Shown here piece after piece: positions 53,751 through 64,000 of a stretch of 64,000 nt of DNA (the stretch's first letter is position 1; every line of letters begins with the position of its first letter). The stretch comes from Lingula anatina (Eukaryota > Animalia > Brachiopoda): contig CM120643.1 in assembly GCA_051362555.1 (NCBI GenBank), positions 5,146,001-5,210,000 on the forward strand, read 5' to 3'. The position numbers and the translations under genes were made by a program. The notes beneath the pieces were generated by a model that did no database searches, had not been told where the DNA came from, and saw only the letters and a program-made list of their open reading frames with translations.

Positions 53751-55059
53751 TAAATTTGATTGTACCATTTTTAGTTTCATATATTTTTTGCATATATTGA
53801 AAATTCTTGTTGATTGCATGTTTACATCTTGTCAAGCACAAGACTGGTGGCTGTGTCCCTTATTTTGTGTATGTGGGGGTCTATACGAATGCGCTTGCTC
53901 CAGCTGGTGGTACAATATTCGGAGGTGGTATTGCCTCTCTGATCCTCTAGTTGTTTTCATTTTTCGTATCATTTAACCTAAAAGTATGTTTTATTGTGTG
54001 CTATGTCTTGAATGCAGGTGTATCGCTTTTTACTTTATATATGTATTTATATTTGTTCCAGTTAAAGTCTATTTCAGTTAAAAGCCTTGTAGTTTTACAG
54101 CCCTTCCATTGTGTTTTGGAGGCCATTTTTTATTAAAATAACGTGCAAAATGAAATAAATGATCGCACTTTGCATGGATATAAACATAAATATGCAATGA
54201 TGAACAATGGAGTGAAGCATTAAATTTTTTATTTGAATGTATGGCTCTCGCTATTCATATAACAAATTGACGACCATCTTAAATTTTGAAAAATTATCTA
54301 TATCTCGTACATATCAACTGGCAACTAAAGTCAAGCTTATAAGCTTCTCTAAGTTTTGTAACCCAGATGAAATAATTTCTTTTGAAAAAGCTTGCAAGAT
54401 ATAACATAGCAAGCTTTGGCTATGGGGCTCGTCGGAGTGGCAAATGTACTCTCAGGAAATGGCACCGTCTGCCACCATCTGATTAATGTCAAATAAGCAG
54501 TTTCTAATAATTTAGGATCATGACTAACAAATTGTCATAATCAACATAAATAGAAAAGGCGGATATGTTTTTAATAAGGCTAAATTTGCAAAAAAACGAA
54601 CTTATTTTGCAGCTTTTTTTACTTTCTGACGTATGTTTTGACGGCCATTTTGGTTTTTTGCTATATGTAACAGGCTTAAGTGCATTCACTAGTACTGTTG
54701 TGCTCTCCTGATAGGATACTCGTTCAAAAAAGCTTCTGTTCGTTTTTCTATTTTTCCTCATATATTGACGGCCATATTGAAAAATGCTCAAGGTCTCGGA
54801 AATAGCAACCAAGCTAATTTTGCTTCTCTCCACCTAAAGAATGCATTTCAGCAAAAAAGGTTTACAGGAAAAAACATTGCAGGGTTAGCGTTCTGGCTAC
54901 TCGACTAACATGAAATCTATTAAGATAGCAAATTAGAAAAAAAAAATTATGGGAAATGTGCAGAAATGCTATACCTAAAACAATTGTGAAAAAACAGACA
55001 ATTCTACGTACAATGATCACTGATACGGATATATAAAACTATGTAAACATGTCATATTA

Positions 55060-55955
55060 TTACACAGTTTCATTAAAAGCATATAGGTTACACAGGCTAC
55101 ATCTGCATATGGGTCCTTCCCAAAGCCTTAAAAGTGATTTAAACTCATTTGAATTGATGCTTTGCTTTAAGTCATTTGAGAGATAATTCCATATTTTTGG
55201 CCCAAGATATGACAAGGATTTTTTGCCGTATGTCGCTGTGTTAAATCTGGGTATATTTAGAGTCTTTTCTCCTCTAAGGTTGTAACTTGTTATTCTTTCC
55301 TGGAAAAGGCCGGAGATGTAGGAAGGTGCAAGTCCATGTATAGCTTTGTAAACCTCAAGTGCAAGTATACGTAGCCTGTTCAAGTGCAGAGTGCTGAGGC
55401 CTGACATATTTAAAAGCTCATCGTAACTGCTTGTGTGGTTGTCGTAGACAAATCTTAGACCCCTTTTCTGTATCTTTTCTAATTTTTTCATATTTCCCTC
55501 ACCACAAAAGTGCCATACTAACGGACAATAAATAAAGTTTGATAATGTAAAGTGCCTGAAAATGGCAAGCCGACTTGGGACATCTAGATGAGCTGAAAGC
55601 CTTTTCAGAGTGTTTAATTGACATGCTGTTTTTGAACATAATTCTGAGATGTGTTTGTTGAAAGTCAGTCTTGAGTCAAAGTAAACCCCAAGGAGCTTGA
55701 CCCAAGGTTCTGGTTTCACCAATTTTCCATTGAAGGAAAATTGCTCATCACTATGGTTGACTCCAATAAAAATAGCTTGAAATTTTTCAGGGTTCGTTTC
55801 CGTCTCGTTTGAGGAGAACCAGTTTATAGCATTTTGTGCATCGTATTCGAGCTCCCTTTTTAAGGTATCGAAGTCTGGGTGTGCAGCACTTAAGGTGTTA
55901 TCATCTGCGTATAGTTGTAGAGGTTACAATTTTCAATAGAGTGAAAGATGTCATT
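55060..55955 (-). pseudogene. LINE reverse transcriptase C-terminal fragment
   Basis: DIFHSIENCNLYN/YADDNT (frameshifted), then VKLLGVYFDSRLTF..H, YCPLVWHFC, YNLR, GPKIWN, CRCSLC. Confidence 0.9.
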
Positions 55956-57143
55956 TTTATATATATATATATTTTTTTTTTATTATTGATGATTTATTAT
56001 CTGTTTTCAGTAGAAATGAAGGTGTGTTTCCTGGATTATCATCACACTGAGGACAGTTGAACTGAACTCAACCTTGCAGCCTCAGCACAGGTCAGTGCAA
56101 CAACGATATTGCCATACTGTTGAGTGTCTTTAATCGTAGTGTGACCATCGCCACTGTATGTTGTAACTGAGAAATTATCATTTGTAAATGGGTCACTTAG
56201 ATCCAGTTCAGTTTTATATATTTTCAAGTTGACAAGGATTAATGTGAACTGTTAGGAGTTTGGGGGGGGGGAAGAAATTTTTAATATAGACAAAATTCCA
56301 TGTATACATTATGATGCCAGTACATTAATTGTCTGTTGTGACATTGAATTTGTCTGTATGTATTCTGATCACTATGTCTTTATTGTCGCTGTATGTGTTT
56401 GTTATAATATTATAATATAACCTGATCACTGTTATTTCTGTGTTGTAACTACTGTATATGTCTACATATATATATTTTTTTATTGATCATGCATTATCTG
56501 TTTTCAGTAGAAATGAAGGTGTATTTCCTGGATTATCATCACACTTAGGACAGCTAAATTGATCTCATACCCGCAGCCTCAGCACAGGTCAGTGCAGCCA
56601 CAATATTGCCATACTGGTGATTGTCTTTAATCGCAGTGTGACCATCTCCACTATATGCTGTAACTGAGAAATTATCATTTATAAATGGGATCACTTAGAT
56701 CCAAATCAGTTTTATTTTGTTTTCAAAGGTGACAAGGGTTAATGTGAAGATCGGAGTTGGGGGGAGGTTTCGCTAAGCAAAATTTTTGATATAGTCAAAA
56801 TTCCATGTATACAATATGATGCCTGTGCATTGTCTGTTGTGACATTGAATGTGTCTGTATGTATTCTAAACACTGTCTTTATTGTCAATGTATGTGTTTA
56901 TTATAATATAATAATATATTTTGATCACTGTGTTATGTCTTTGTTGTAACTACTGTATGTGTCTACAAATAAATTTATTATTAATGATTTCTTATCTGTT
57001 TTCAGTAGAGATAATCGAAGGTCTGTTTTCTGAATTTTCATCACACTGAAGTCCTGAATTCATCTGTTCACCATCTACCTGTAGTTCTAACACCTAACAG
57101 GAAGCATCTGCAAAAAAGGTCAGTGCAACATCGATAATGTTTA

Positions 57144-57431
57144 CACCGTGTTCAGACCAATAATCAGACCAGTAAAGTTTATATGTCTTATCTAACGTTA
57201 ATCTTTTTCTTATCTTCTTTAATTATAGTGAAGTCACAAGTTAGGTATAAAATCGGGCTATGACCTGACAATAAATGAGTTTTGATTTTGGTAACTAAAC
57301 TGTGGTGTTGCGTTACTCTTCTCTCCAGGCATAATCCAAGTCGGGAATCGCGTACCGTACCTAGAATCTTCCAGCGTAGGATTAGAGCCCCTAGCATCTA
57401 GATTATACCCGCAGTATATCTAAGAACCTAG
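57144..57431. mobile_element. ~290 bp unclassified insertion in satellite B
   Basis: Non-satellite sequence flanked by TACA on both sides. Ends with a small hairpin and CTAG|T. Class not resolved. Confidence 0.45.
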
Positions 57432-58129
57432 TACAACTGGTGATTTTCTTCAATCCCATTGTGACCATCACCACTATATATTAACTGTAACTGAGAAATT
57501 AACATTTGTAAATGGGTCACTTAGATCCAAATCTGTTTTGGATATGTTCAAGGTGACAGGGGTTATGTGAACTGTTCGTAGTTGGGGGGCGAGGGTTCAC
57601 TTGTCAAAGATCTTGATATTGACAAAATTTCATGTTTACAATCTGGTGCCTGTGCATTGTGTGTTGTAACATTAAATGTGTCTGTATGTATTCTGATCAC
57701 TGTCTATGCGCATGTCTTAATTGTCGCTATATGTGTTTATTATAACATAATAATATAACCTGATCACTGTTATTTCTGTGTTATAACTACTGTACATGTC
57801 TACATATATATTTCTTATTGATGATTTATTATCTTTTTTCAGTAGAATTGAAGGTGTGTTTCCTGGATTGTCATCACACTAAGGACAGCTGAATTCATCT
57901 GCTCACCATCTACTTCTACATCCTTATAGCATCAGCAAAGGTCAGTGCAACAAGGATATTGCTACACTGGTAATTCCTTTCAATCCCATTGTGACCATCA
58001 TCACTATATGTTGTAACTGAGAAATTATCATTTGTAAATGGGTCACTTAGATCCAAATTAGTTTTACATATGTTCACGGTGACAAGGGTTAATGTGAAGT
58101 GTTCGGAGTTGAGGGGGAGGGTTCGCTAA

Positions 58130-58286
58130 GGCCCCTATTTCACACAGACCACGAATCCCACGAATCACCATGAATTGAAAAAATTCAGGATTTATGAGGA
58201 TTTGTGAGATTTAAAAAATTTTCTGGCCTAATTCGACATGCTCTACGATTCAGTTACGATACAGGTGCGATATAGTGTTATGAATA
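58130..58286 (+). mobile_element. Terminal fragment of the same Harbinger family as 11049-15753, in inverted orientation
   Basis: After TAA (58127-58129) the sequence matches the reverse complement of 15600-15753, including non-TIR sequence (GGCCTAAT..GCTCTACGA..CAGTTACGATACAGGT), with scattered substitutions. Confidence 0.88.
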
Positions 58287-58321
58287 ACCTGATCACTGTT
58301 ATTTCTGTGTTGTAACTACTG

Positions 58322-60245
58322 CCGGGATCTCCTGAGGCTGCGTTTTTGCACCATTGGCGCGTACAGATTTGTAATGACGCACTTTTTCAATAGCAGTGCG
58401 TCTCAAGGGCGCATAAAAAATAAATAACTTTAAATACAGAAAAAAAAACGGAGTTTGTTTGTTCAACATATTTTAAACTGTTAAAATTGTGTATTTTTAA
58501 ACCCACCAAAATTTTACTAAACTTGGAATGAGTGTCAGTCGGGAAAACCGAACTTCAAAGTTCTAGTCTTACGTCTACTGCGTGCGTTCTCTGTGTGGAG
58601 AGTACCTTCTCTGCATAGAGAATACACCGGAAGTGCAGAGATGGCCGCACCAAAAGTAAAGCAGCCGAAGCTTTCGTTTTTTTGGCATACGAGTAATGTA
58701 CTAGATAGCGGACATACTAGTGGTAATGTACCAGGTAGAGAGCCTCCTCTAACTTCCATTAGGAAGTTTCAGCAAAGTTGGCTGCAGATATTCCCGTGGC
58801 TGCGCTTCGACAAGGAAAAGTCGACCATGTGGTGTGCACCATGCAAAAAGGCGGGCAAACGTAATACCCTGGGGGTATCGCGAAACTTTCACACCAGTAC
58901 GCTCACCCGCCACGTTGGAATGGCCGACCATGTGTGTGCTATCCAGGTAACTTAAATTAATTTATTCTGATTCAAAGTCAATTAAAAAACGAATAGTTTG
59001 AACTTAAAAGTGTTTCCACGTGTGCAGCTACTTAGAGATGTACGCACGCGTACAGGGAGTTGAGATTATTTTGAGTTTCTTGTGCATTTGGCCTTAAGCA
59101 AGGTACTACGTTTTTGGTGGGATAAGCAGTCAATAAACACTATAATTACGTTTTCCATTTCTATTTGTGTTGTTTTGAATACAATTTGGTAGTTTATTGC
59201 CAAGTTAATGTATCGTATGATGTAGAAATCATTATGCAAAGTAATGGGATTGCATTTTAGTCATTTTAGTTTGAGTATCACTGATTGTTATTATGGACAA
59301 AATGATTTGTGAATTTTTCAGTTTCTAAATATATATATTATGTAATTAATAAAGTAATAGGCAGCATTACTGAATTGCAATGCTTATTTTAACAGGTACC
59401 AAAGGAACGGGTGTACATGAACACAGCAACTACCTTAACCCTGAATGCGCAAGAGAAGGCCATCATGACAGCGATGAAAGCAGTGGTTTGGATGGCCAAG
59501 GAGTGTATTCCACTTTCTAAGTACAGTTCTTCAATGAACTTTCTCCAAGCTGAAGTGCAGCAGTGCAGTCTCATACTGCAGTTACAATACTGCAACTGAC
59601 ATACTTGATGTTTAATTGATGAGAACATTACACAACAGATTCACCAGTCATTGCTGTCTTATGTGATGAAAGTGTAGATATTTTAGTTCACCATAAATTG
59701 GTAATCCACTAACTTTAGCCCCAAAAACCTTTTTTTTTTTTTTTTTTTGAAGACTTGTATATTTCTGATGGAACTGGAAAGTTGATATTTACAGATATAA
59801 AGATACACTTGGCATCCAGAGGAGTAAATCAGAATATAATTTTCTATTAAAAGTTATTTTATGAACACTGTTACACACATGCATAAGTGGATGTTGCCAA
59901 AATGTTGCCATGGGCTTTGTTATATTACACTAAAAAAGAATGAAAAAAATAAAAACTTGTTTATTTTTGTTTAGATGTTTTATTCTGATTATTTATATGC
60001 TTAGAATACTTCTCAGATTTTATCTAAAAAAATGAATTATCTTTAATAGTAATTATAATATAAATTATAAATGCAATAAATAATGGTTACAATTAAATTA
60101 TACTGACTATTTGTGACATTATAAATGAACTTGTGGCCCAAGCATGCATTGAATGACTGGGCACAATGTTTCGCAAAATGGCACACTTTTCAATCTTGAG
60201 TGTGCCCAAATGGCACACTTGACCTTCAACCTAGGGAGATCCCTG
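58322..60245 (+). mobile_element. Internally deleted hAT element (1924 bp)
   Basis: Imperfect TIR C(C/A)GGGATCTCC..AGG.TG. Apparent 6-bp TSD CTACTG/TTACTG. Carries ZNF862-like transposase remnants. Confidence 0.8.
58641..59710 (+). pseudogene. hAT transposase 5' part: TTF-type zinc finger exon 58641-58946 and exon from 59396, then decayed
   Basis: FQQSWLQIFPWL...MWCAPC...LTRH....H. In-frame GT-AG intron. AVVWMAKECIPLSKY, then SPVIAVLCDESVD after stops/frameshift. Confidence 0.8.
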
Positions 60246-60775
60246 TTACTGTATATGTCTACATATATTTTTTTATTGATTATGTATTATCTGTTTTCAG
60301 TAGAAATGAAGGTGTATTTCCTGGATTATCATCACACTTAGGACAGCTAAATTGATCTCAACCCCGCAGCCTCAGCACAGGTCAGTGCAACCACAATATT
60401 GCCATACTGCATGGTGATTGTCTTTAATCGCAGTGTGACCATCGCCACTATATGTTGTAACTGAAAAATTATCATTTGTAAATGGGTCACTTAGATCTAA
60501 ATCAGTTTTAAATATTTTCAAGGTGATGAGGGTTACTATGAACTATTCGGAGTTGGGGGGGGGGGGGATTCGCTGAGGAAAATTTTTGATATAGACAAAA
60601 TTCCATGTATACAATATGATGCCTGTGCATTGTCTGTTGTGACATTGAATGTGTCTGTATGTATTCTGATCACTGTCTATGTCTTTATTGTCACTGTATA
60701 TGTTAATTATAATACAATAATATATTTTGATCACTGTGTTATTTCTGTGTTGTCACTTCTGTATGTGTCTACAGA

Positions 60776-62415
60776 CAGCATTGGTCAAAAATGTTGTCCC
60801 ACCCCTATTTCCATGTAATTTTATTTACAAATGATCACCTCACAGCTGTAAATTGTTAGAAATAGTGATTTTTATTACAGATACTGTGTCTAACATGATT
60901 AATAGTTTAAAAAATACAAAATAGTGGTGAAAATATACACATTTTATACCATTTAGTAAAATTTAAGAGAGGTACCCCCTCAAATCCACTGTTTCACTGT
61001 GACTTCTACAGATGTAAAGAAATGTCTATAAAATTGAAAAGACGCCATCAAATGTCACCAAATTCACACACAATTAGCATTAGGGTGTGCTCGTTAAAGA
61101 TCACGTGCCTAACAGCGTGTGCATGTACCGCGTACTGCAATTATCTCCGGTAGATGGCGCGACAAGCCTTCAACACGGGTAACAATTCTGTTATGTGGGA
61201 TATTGTCCCATTCATCCTAAAGAACGTGGCGGAATTGGTCAAGATTATTTGGGAATTGGTTCTCCTCTGCAATACACATTACAAATAATGCCACTGGTGC
61301 TCAGTAGGATTAATATCAGGGCTCAAAGACGGTTGTCCCATCCTCAGAGCCCTGTGTTTCTGCAACAAATCGCTTGCCAGACGAGAGCTGTGAGGAAGTG
61401 CGTTGTCACAATGAAGCCAGTAGCATCCCTGAAGTCACCTCTTGCAAATGGAGTGAGATTTCTGTTGAGAATGTTACATTAAAATGCCCCTGTTACGTTT
61501 TATTCCGAAAGGAACAATGTACTAATACCATGGGCTTGGAATGTTCTCCAAATGCGGACTGATCTAACACCTCAGGAGATATTATCCTACACACACCCTT
61601 TCAAGAAGCATTTTTTAACATGTTTATGGACCCTCATTTGACCATCAATGGGATACAAGTAATAATTTGATTCTGCATCAAAACCAACTTCCTTCCAGTG
61701 ATGGATGGCCAGGTTCAGAAGCCTGTGGAATCACTGAACGTAGCATAATTCTCAGCTGATATCTCATTCCATCTTCAAGAACTGTCTTTGGGGTTAACTC
61801 CAGGTTTCATCATGGCGTCACACTTGCTCACACCTTTCGCCTGGCAAGTTTTTTTTTAAGAAACACAATGCTCTTAGGATGGAACCACCATCATTGAGCC
61901 CTGATATTAAACTTACTAATCAACTGTGACATGAATTGGAGTGTGCAATGCAAAGGAGAACCAACCCCATAAAAACGTGGATCAACTCCCCCAACTTGTT
62001 TAAGAAGAATGGGACAATATCCCACATAACAGAATTGTTACCCGTGTTGAAGGCTCGTCGCGCGGTCTACAGGAGATAATTGCAGTACGCGGTAGATGCA
62101 CACTCTGTTAGGCACATGACCTTTAACGAAATTTGGTGACATTTGATGGCGTCTTTTCAATTAAATAGACATTTCTTTACATCTGTAGAAGTAACAGTGA
62201 AACAGTGGATTTGAGGGGGTACCTCTTATAAATTTTACTAAATGGTATAAAATATGTATATTTTCACCACTATTTTGTATTTTTTTAACCATTAATCATG
62301 TTAGACACGGTATCTGTAATAAAACGCACTATTTCTAACAATTTACAGCTGTGAGGTGATCATTTGTAAATAAAAGTACATGGAAATGGGGGTGGGACAA
62401 CCTTTACCAATATTG
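60776..62415. mobile_element. Tc1-derived foldback element made of two inverted 3' halves (1640 bp)
   Basis: Termini CAGCATTGGT / CAATATTGGT, TA at the right end (GA at the left). Highly similar ~430-bp outer arms. Both arms carry Tc1 C-terminal remnants: DNALPH..SLSPDINPTEHQW..EWDNIP on minus, SLSPDIKLTNQL..EEWDNIP on plus. Confidence 0.85.
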
Positions 62416-62572
62416 TATATATTTTTTATTGATGATTTCATGTTTTCAGTAGTGATGATCGAAGGCGTGTTTTTTGCATTATCATCACACTAAAGACAGC
62501 TGAATTCATCTGTTCACCAACTAGTTCTACAACATTACAGCATCAGCAAAAAAAGGTCAGTGCAACAACTTA

Positions 62573-62796
62573 GACTCCGTTCACATGAAAAATCTATTTT
62601 CTAAAAATCTATTTTCTATTCGCGGTATCTTGTGATCACTCAGAGTGCAACCGAGAATTAATTACAGCTTTGGAAGTAACTGGCTCGCGCTGCCAGTAAT
62701 TACACCGCGGGGTATTCAGGGCACAGACAGTGATCACAAGATAAGGCGAATAGAAAATAGATTTTTAGAAAATAGATTTTTCATGTGAACGAGGCC
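62573..62796. mobile_element. Harbinger-type MITE (224 bp)
   Basis: TTA TSD (62570-62572, 62797-62799). ~50-bp TIR G.C.CGTTCACATGAAAAATCTATTTTCTAAAAATCTATTTTCTATTCGC. Confidence 0.85.
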
Positions 62797-63042
62797 TTAA
62801 TTGCTACATTGGTGATTCTTGGTCATCCCATTGTAACCACCATTATATGTTGTAACTGAGAAATTAATATTTGTAAATGGGTTACTTAGATCTAAATCAG
62901 TTTTAGATATGTTCAAGGTGACACAAAGGTTAATGAGAACTGTTCGGAGTTGGGGGAGAGTGTTCGCTTAGCAAAAATTTTGATATATATATATAACAAG
63001 CGTGAATGTGGAACAGAGTGCTCAACAGTACGGAGCATTTGT

Positions 63043-63210
63043 ACACAATTAAAATAAATAAATAAATAAATAAACAAAAGACATGCAAAAACCCCGACTC
63101 CGAGTTTCACGGGCATACCCAGAAGGTATGCCCGATCGTCAGGAGGTTTATTTGAAAATGGTTTTTGCATGTCTTTTGTTTATTTATTTATTAATTAATT
63201 TTAATTGTGT
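63043..63210. repeat. ~50-bp inverted repeat (MITE-like hairpin) between (TA)n tracts
   Basis: ACACAATTAAAA(TAAA)nCAAAAGACATGCAAAAACC and its near-exact reverse complement at ~63160-63210. Confidence 0.7.
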
Positions 63211-63229
63211 GTATATATATATATATATG

Positions 63230-63470
63230 ATGATATGTGACGATAATCCAGGAAATACACCTTCACCTCTACTGAAAATATAATACATCATCAATAAAAA
63301 ATATATGTAGACATATACAGTAGTTACAACATAGAAATAACAGTGATCAGGTTATATTATTATATTATAATAAACACATACAGGGACAGACAGTGATCAG
63401 AATACATACAGTCACATTCAATGTCACAACAGACAATGCACAGGCACCAGAATGTATACTTGGAATTTCG
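63230..63470 (-). repeat. Inverted partial monomer of satellite B
   Basis: ATAATCCAGGAAATACACCTTCA...CAGTGATCAGAATACATACAG...CACAGGCA is the reverse complement of the monomer. Confidence 0.9.
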
Positions 63471-63480
63471 TGTGTGTGTG

Positions 63481-63543
<63 letters not shown>

Positions 63544-64000
63544 AATTCCATAATATAATATAATAATATAATAATGCCTGATGCCTGTGCATTGTCTGTT
63601 GTGACATTGAATGTGTCTGTACGTATTCTGATCACTGTCTATGTCTTAATTGTTGCTGTATGTGTTTATTATAATATAACAATATTACTTGATCACTGTT
63701 ATTTCTGTGTTGTAATTACTGTATCATGTCTATAAATATTTTTATTGGTGATGTATTATCCGTTTTCAGTATAGATGAAGGTATATTTCCTGACTGAGGA
63801 CAGCTGAAATGATCTCAACCTCGCAGCCTCAGCACAGGTCAGTGCATCAACGATATTGCCTTACTGGTGATTGTCTTTAATCGCAGTGTGACCATCGCCA
63901 CTATATGCTGTAACTAAGAAATTATTATTTGTAAATGGGTCACTTAGATCCAAATCAGTTTTACATATATTTTCAAGGTGACAAGGGTTTTAACATTAAA

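Larger units (their letters stand above)
51104..53952 (+). mobile_element. Helentron-associated non-autonomous element (HINE/DINE-1-like) with a central satellite
   Basis: 5' TTT + subTIR TTGTACCACCAGC folding with the adjacent CGCTGGCGGTAC. (CCGGCTCCT/GCGGCTCCG) short repeats at ~51160-51205. Central tandem array. 3' subTIR GCTGGTGGTACAA (~53903-53915), a short stem-loop and a CTAGTT end. Confidence 0.82.
44851..54907. mobile_element. Academ-type non-autonomous DNA transposon (10057 bp including nested material)
   Basis: TAGTCGAGT(C/A)GCCA termini with 3-bp TSD ACA (44848-44850, 54908-54910). Long imperfect TIRs of ~650 bp (44851-~45515 vs ~54265-54907). TAG ends, a 3-4 bp TSD and long TIRs fit Academ. 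Confidence 0.85.
44620..55955 (-). mobile_element. 5'-truncated CR1/L2-group LINE, split in its 3' UTR by the Academ element (LINE parts 55955-54908 and 44850-44620)
   Basis: RT remnant with YADD at ~55900-55911, followed by the C-terminal ORF. 3' tail of TTGTA/TATTG repeats at ~44620-44645. ACA TSD of the nested element rejoins the UTR. Confidence 0.8.
3310..64000 (+). repeat. Satellite B: interrupted tandem array of ~510-560 bp monomers. Blocks ~3310-4745, 5690-6038, 9891-11048, 15754-17005, 17187-18082, 27133-28647, 42206-42234, 43635-44622, 55955-58129, 58287-58321, 60246-60775, 62416-62985, 63230-64000
   Basis: Motifs CAAGGTGACAAGGGTTAATG, TTCCTGGATTATCATCACACTGAGGACAG and GGTCAGTGCAACAA recur at ~510-560 bp spacing (e.g. 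27481, 27992, 28509). Monomer sequence usually resumes in register after an insertion. Each unit has a variable (TA)n tract and a G-tract. Confidence 0.95.

Noticed and set aside
44895-54833. Paralogous ORFs 44895-45275 (+) and 54504-54833 (-)
   Set aside because: They are the two arms of the Academ long TIR, not genes.
62718-62740. MITE-internal match (CAGGG(C)ACAGACAGTGATCA) to the inverted satellite at ~63381 as a possible guide or captured sequence
   Set aside because: Short, gapped, partly within the MITE's own inverted repeat, and matching only one variant monomer; compatible with chance.
3479-63635. Recurring 60-110 aa ORFs (e.g. MRSKSVFDMF..., MIRIHADTF...) as a tandem gene family
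   Set aside because: They are translations of satellite B on both strands, mostly with non-ATG starts, variable frames and stops between copies, and they run into microsatellites.
3310-64000. CRISPR-like repeat/spacer array
   Set aside because: Eukaryotic context, ~540-bp monomers, and inserts are transposons with their own TIRs/TSDs at varied monomer positions. No cas genes.

Overview
AT-rich animal genomic DNA, probably a marine invertebrate; a Deu/Nin-domain SINE and a satellite-bearing Helentron-type element point to a mollusc or other lophotrochozoan (inference). I see no host protein-coding gene, rRNA, tRNA or CRISPR. The backbone is a tandem array of a ~510-560 bp monomer (roughly 20 full or partial copies from 3.3 kb to 64 kb), interrupted by about a dozen direct insertions, several with further nested insertions. 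Identified from termini, target-site duplications (TSDs) and coding remnants: a P-type element, a full-length PIF/Harbinger plus Harbinger-type MITEs, one apparently intact and one decayed ISL2EU, Tc1/mariner-type, EnSpm-type, hAT, Academ, a Kolobok-type MITE, a Helentron/HINE, a CR1/L2-group LINE and a SINE. Most notable: (1) the intact ISL2EU, whose two antisense 4-exon genes are interleaved, each last exon inside the other gene's last intron; (2) two opposite-orientation insertions of one Harbinger family at the same TAA of different monomers; (3) an exon-like acceptor/donor cassette with stops in all frames in the monomers, suggesting a spliced non-coding array; (4) a second repeat at 1-1.9 kb carrying 15-nt microexon-like cassettes. 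All calls were made by eye, without database searches.
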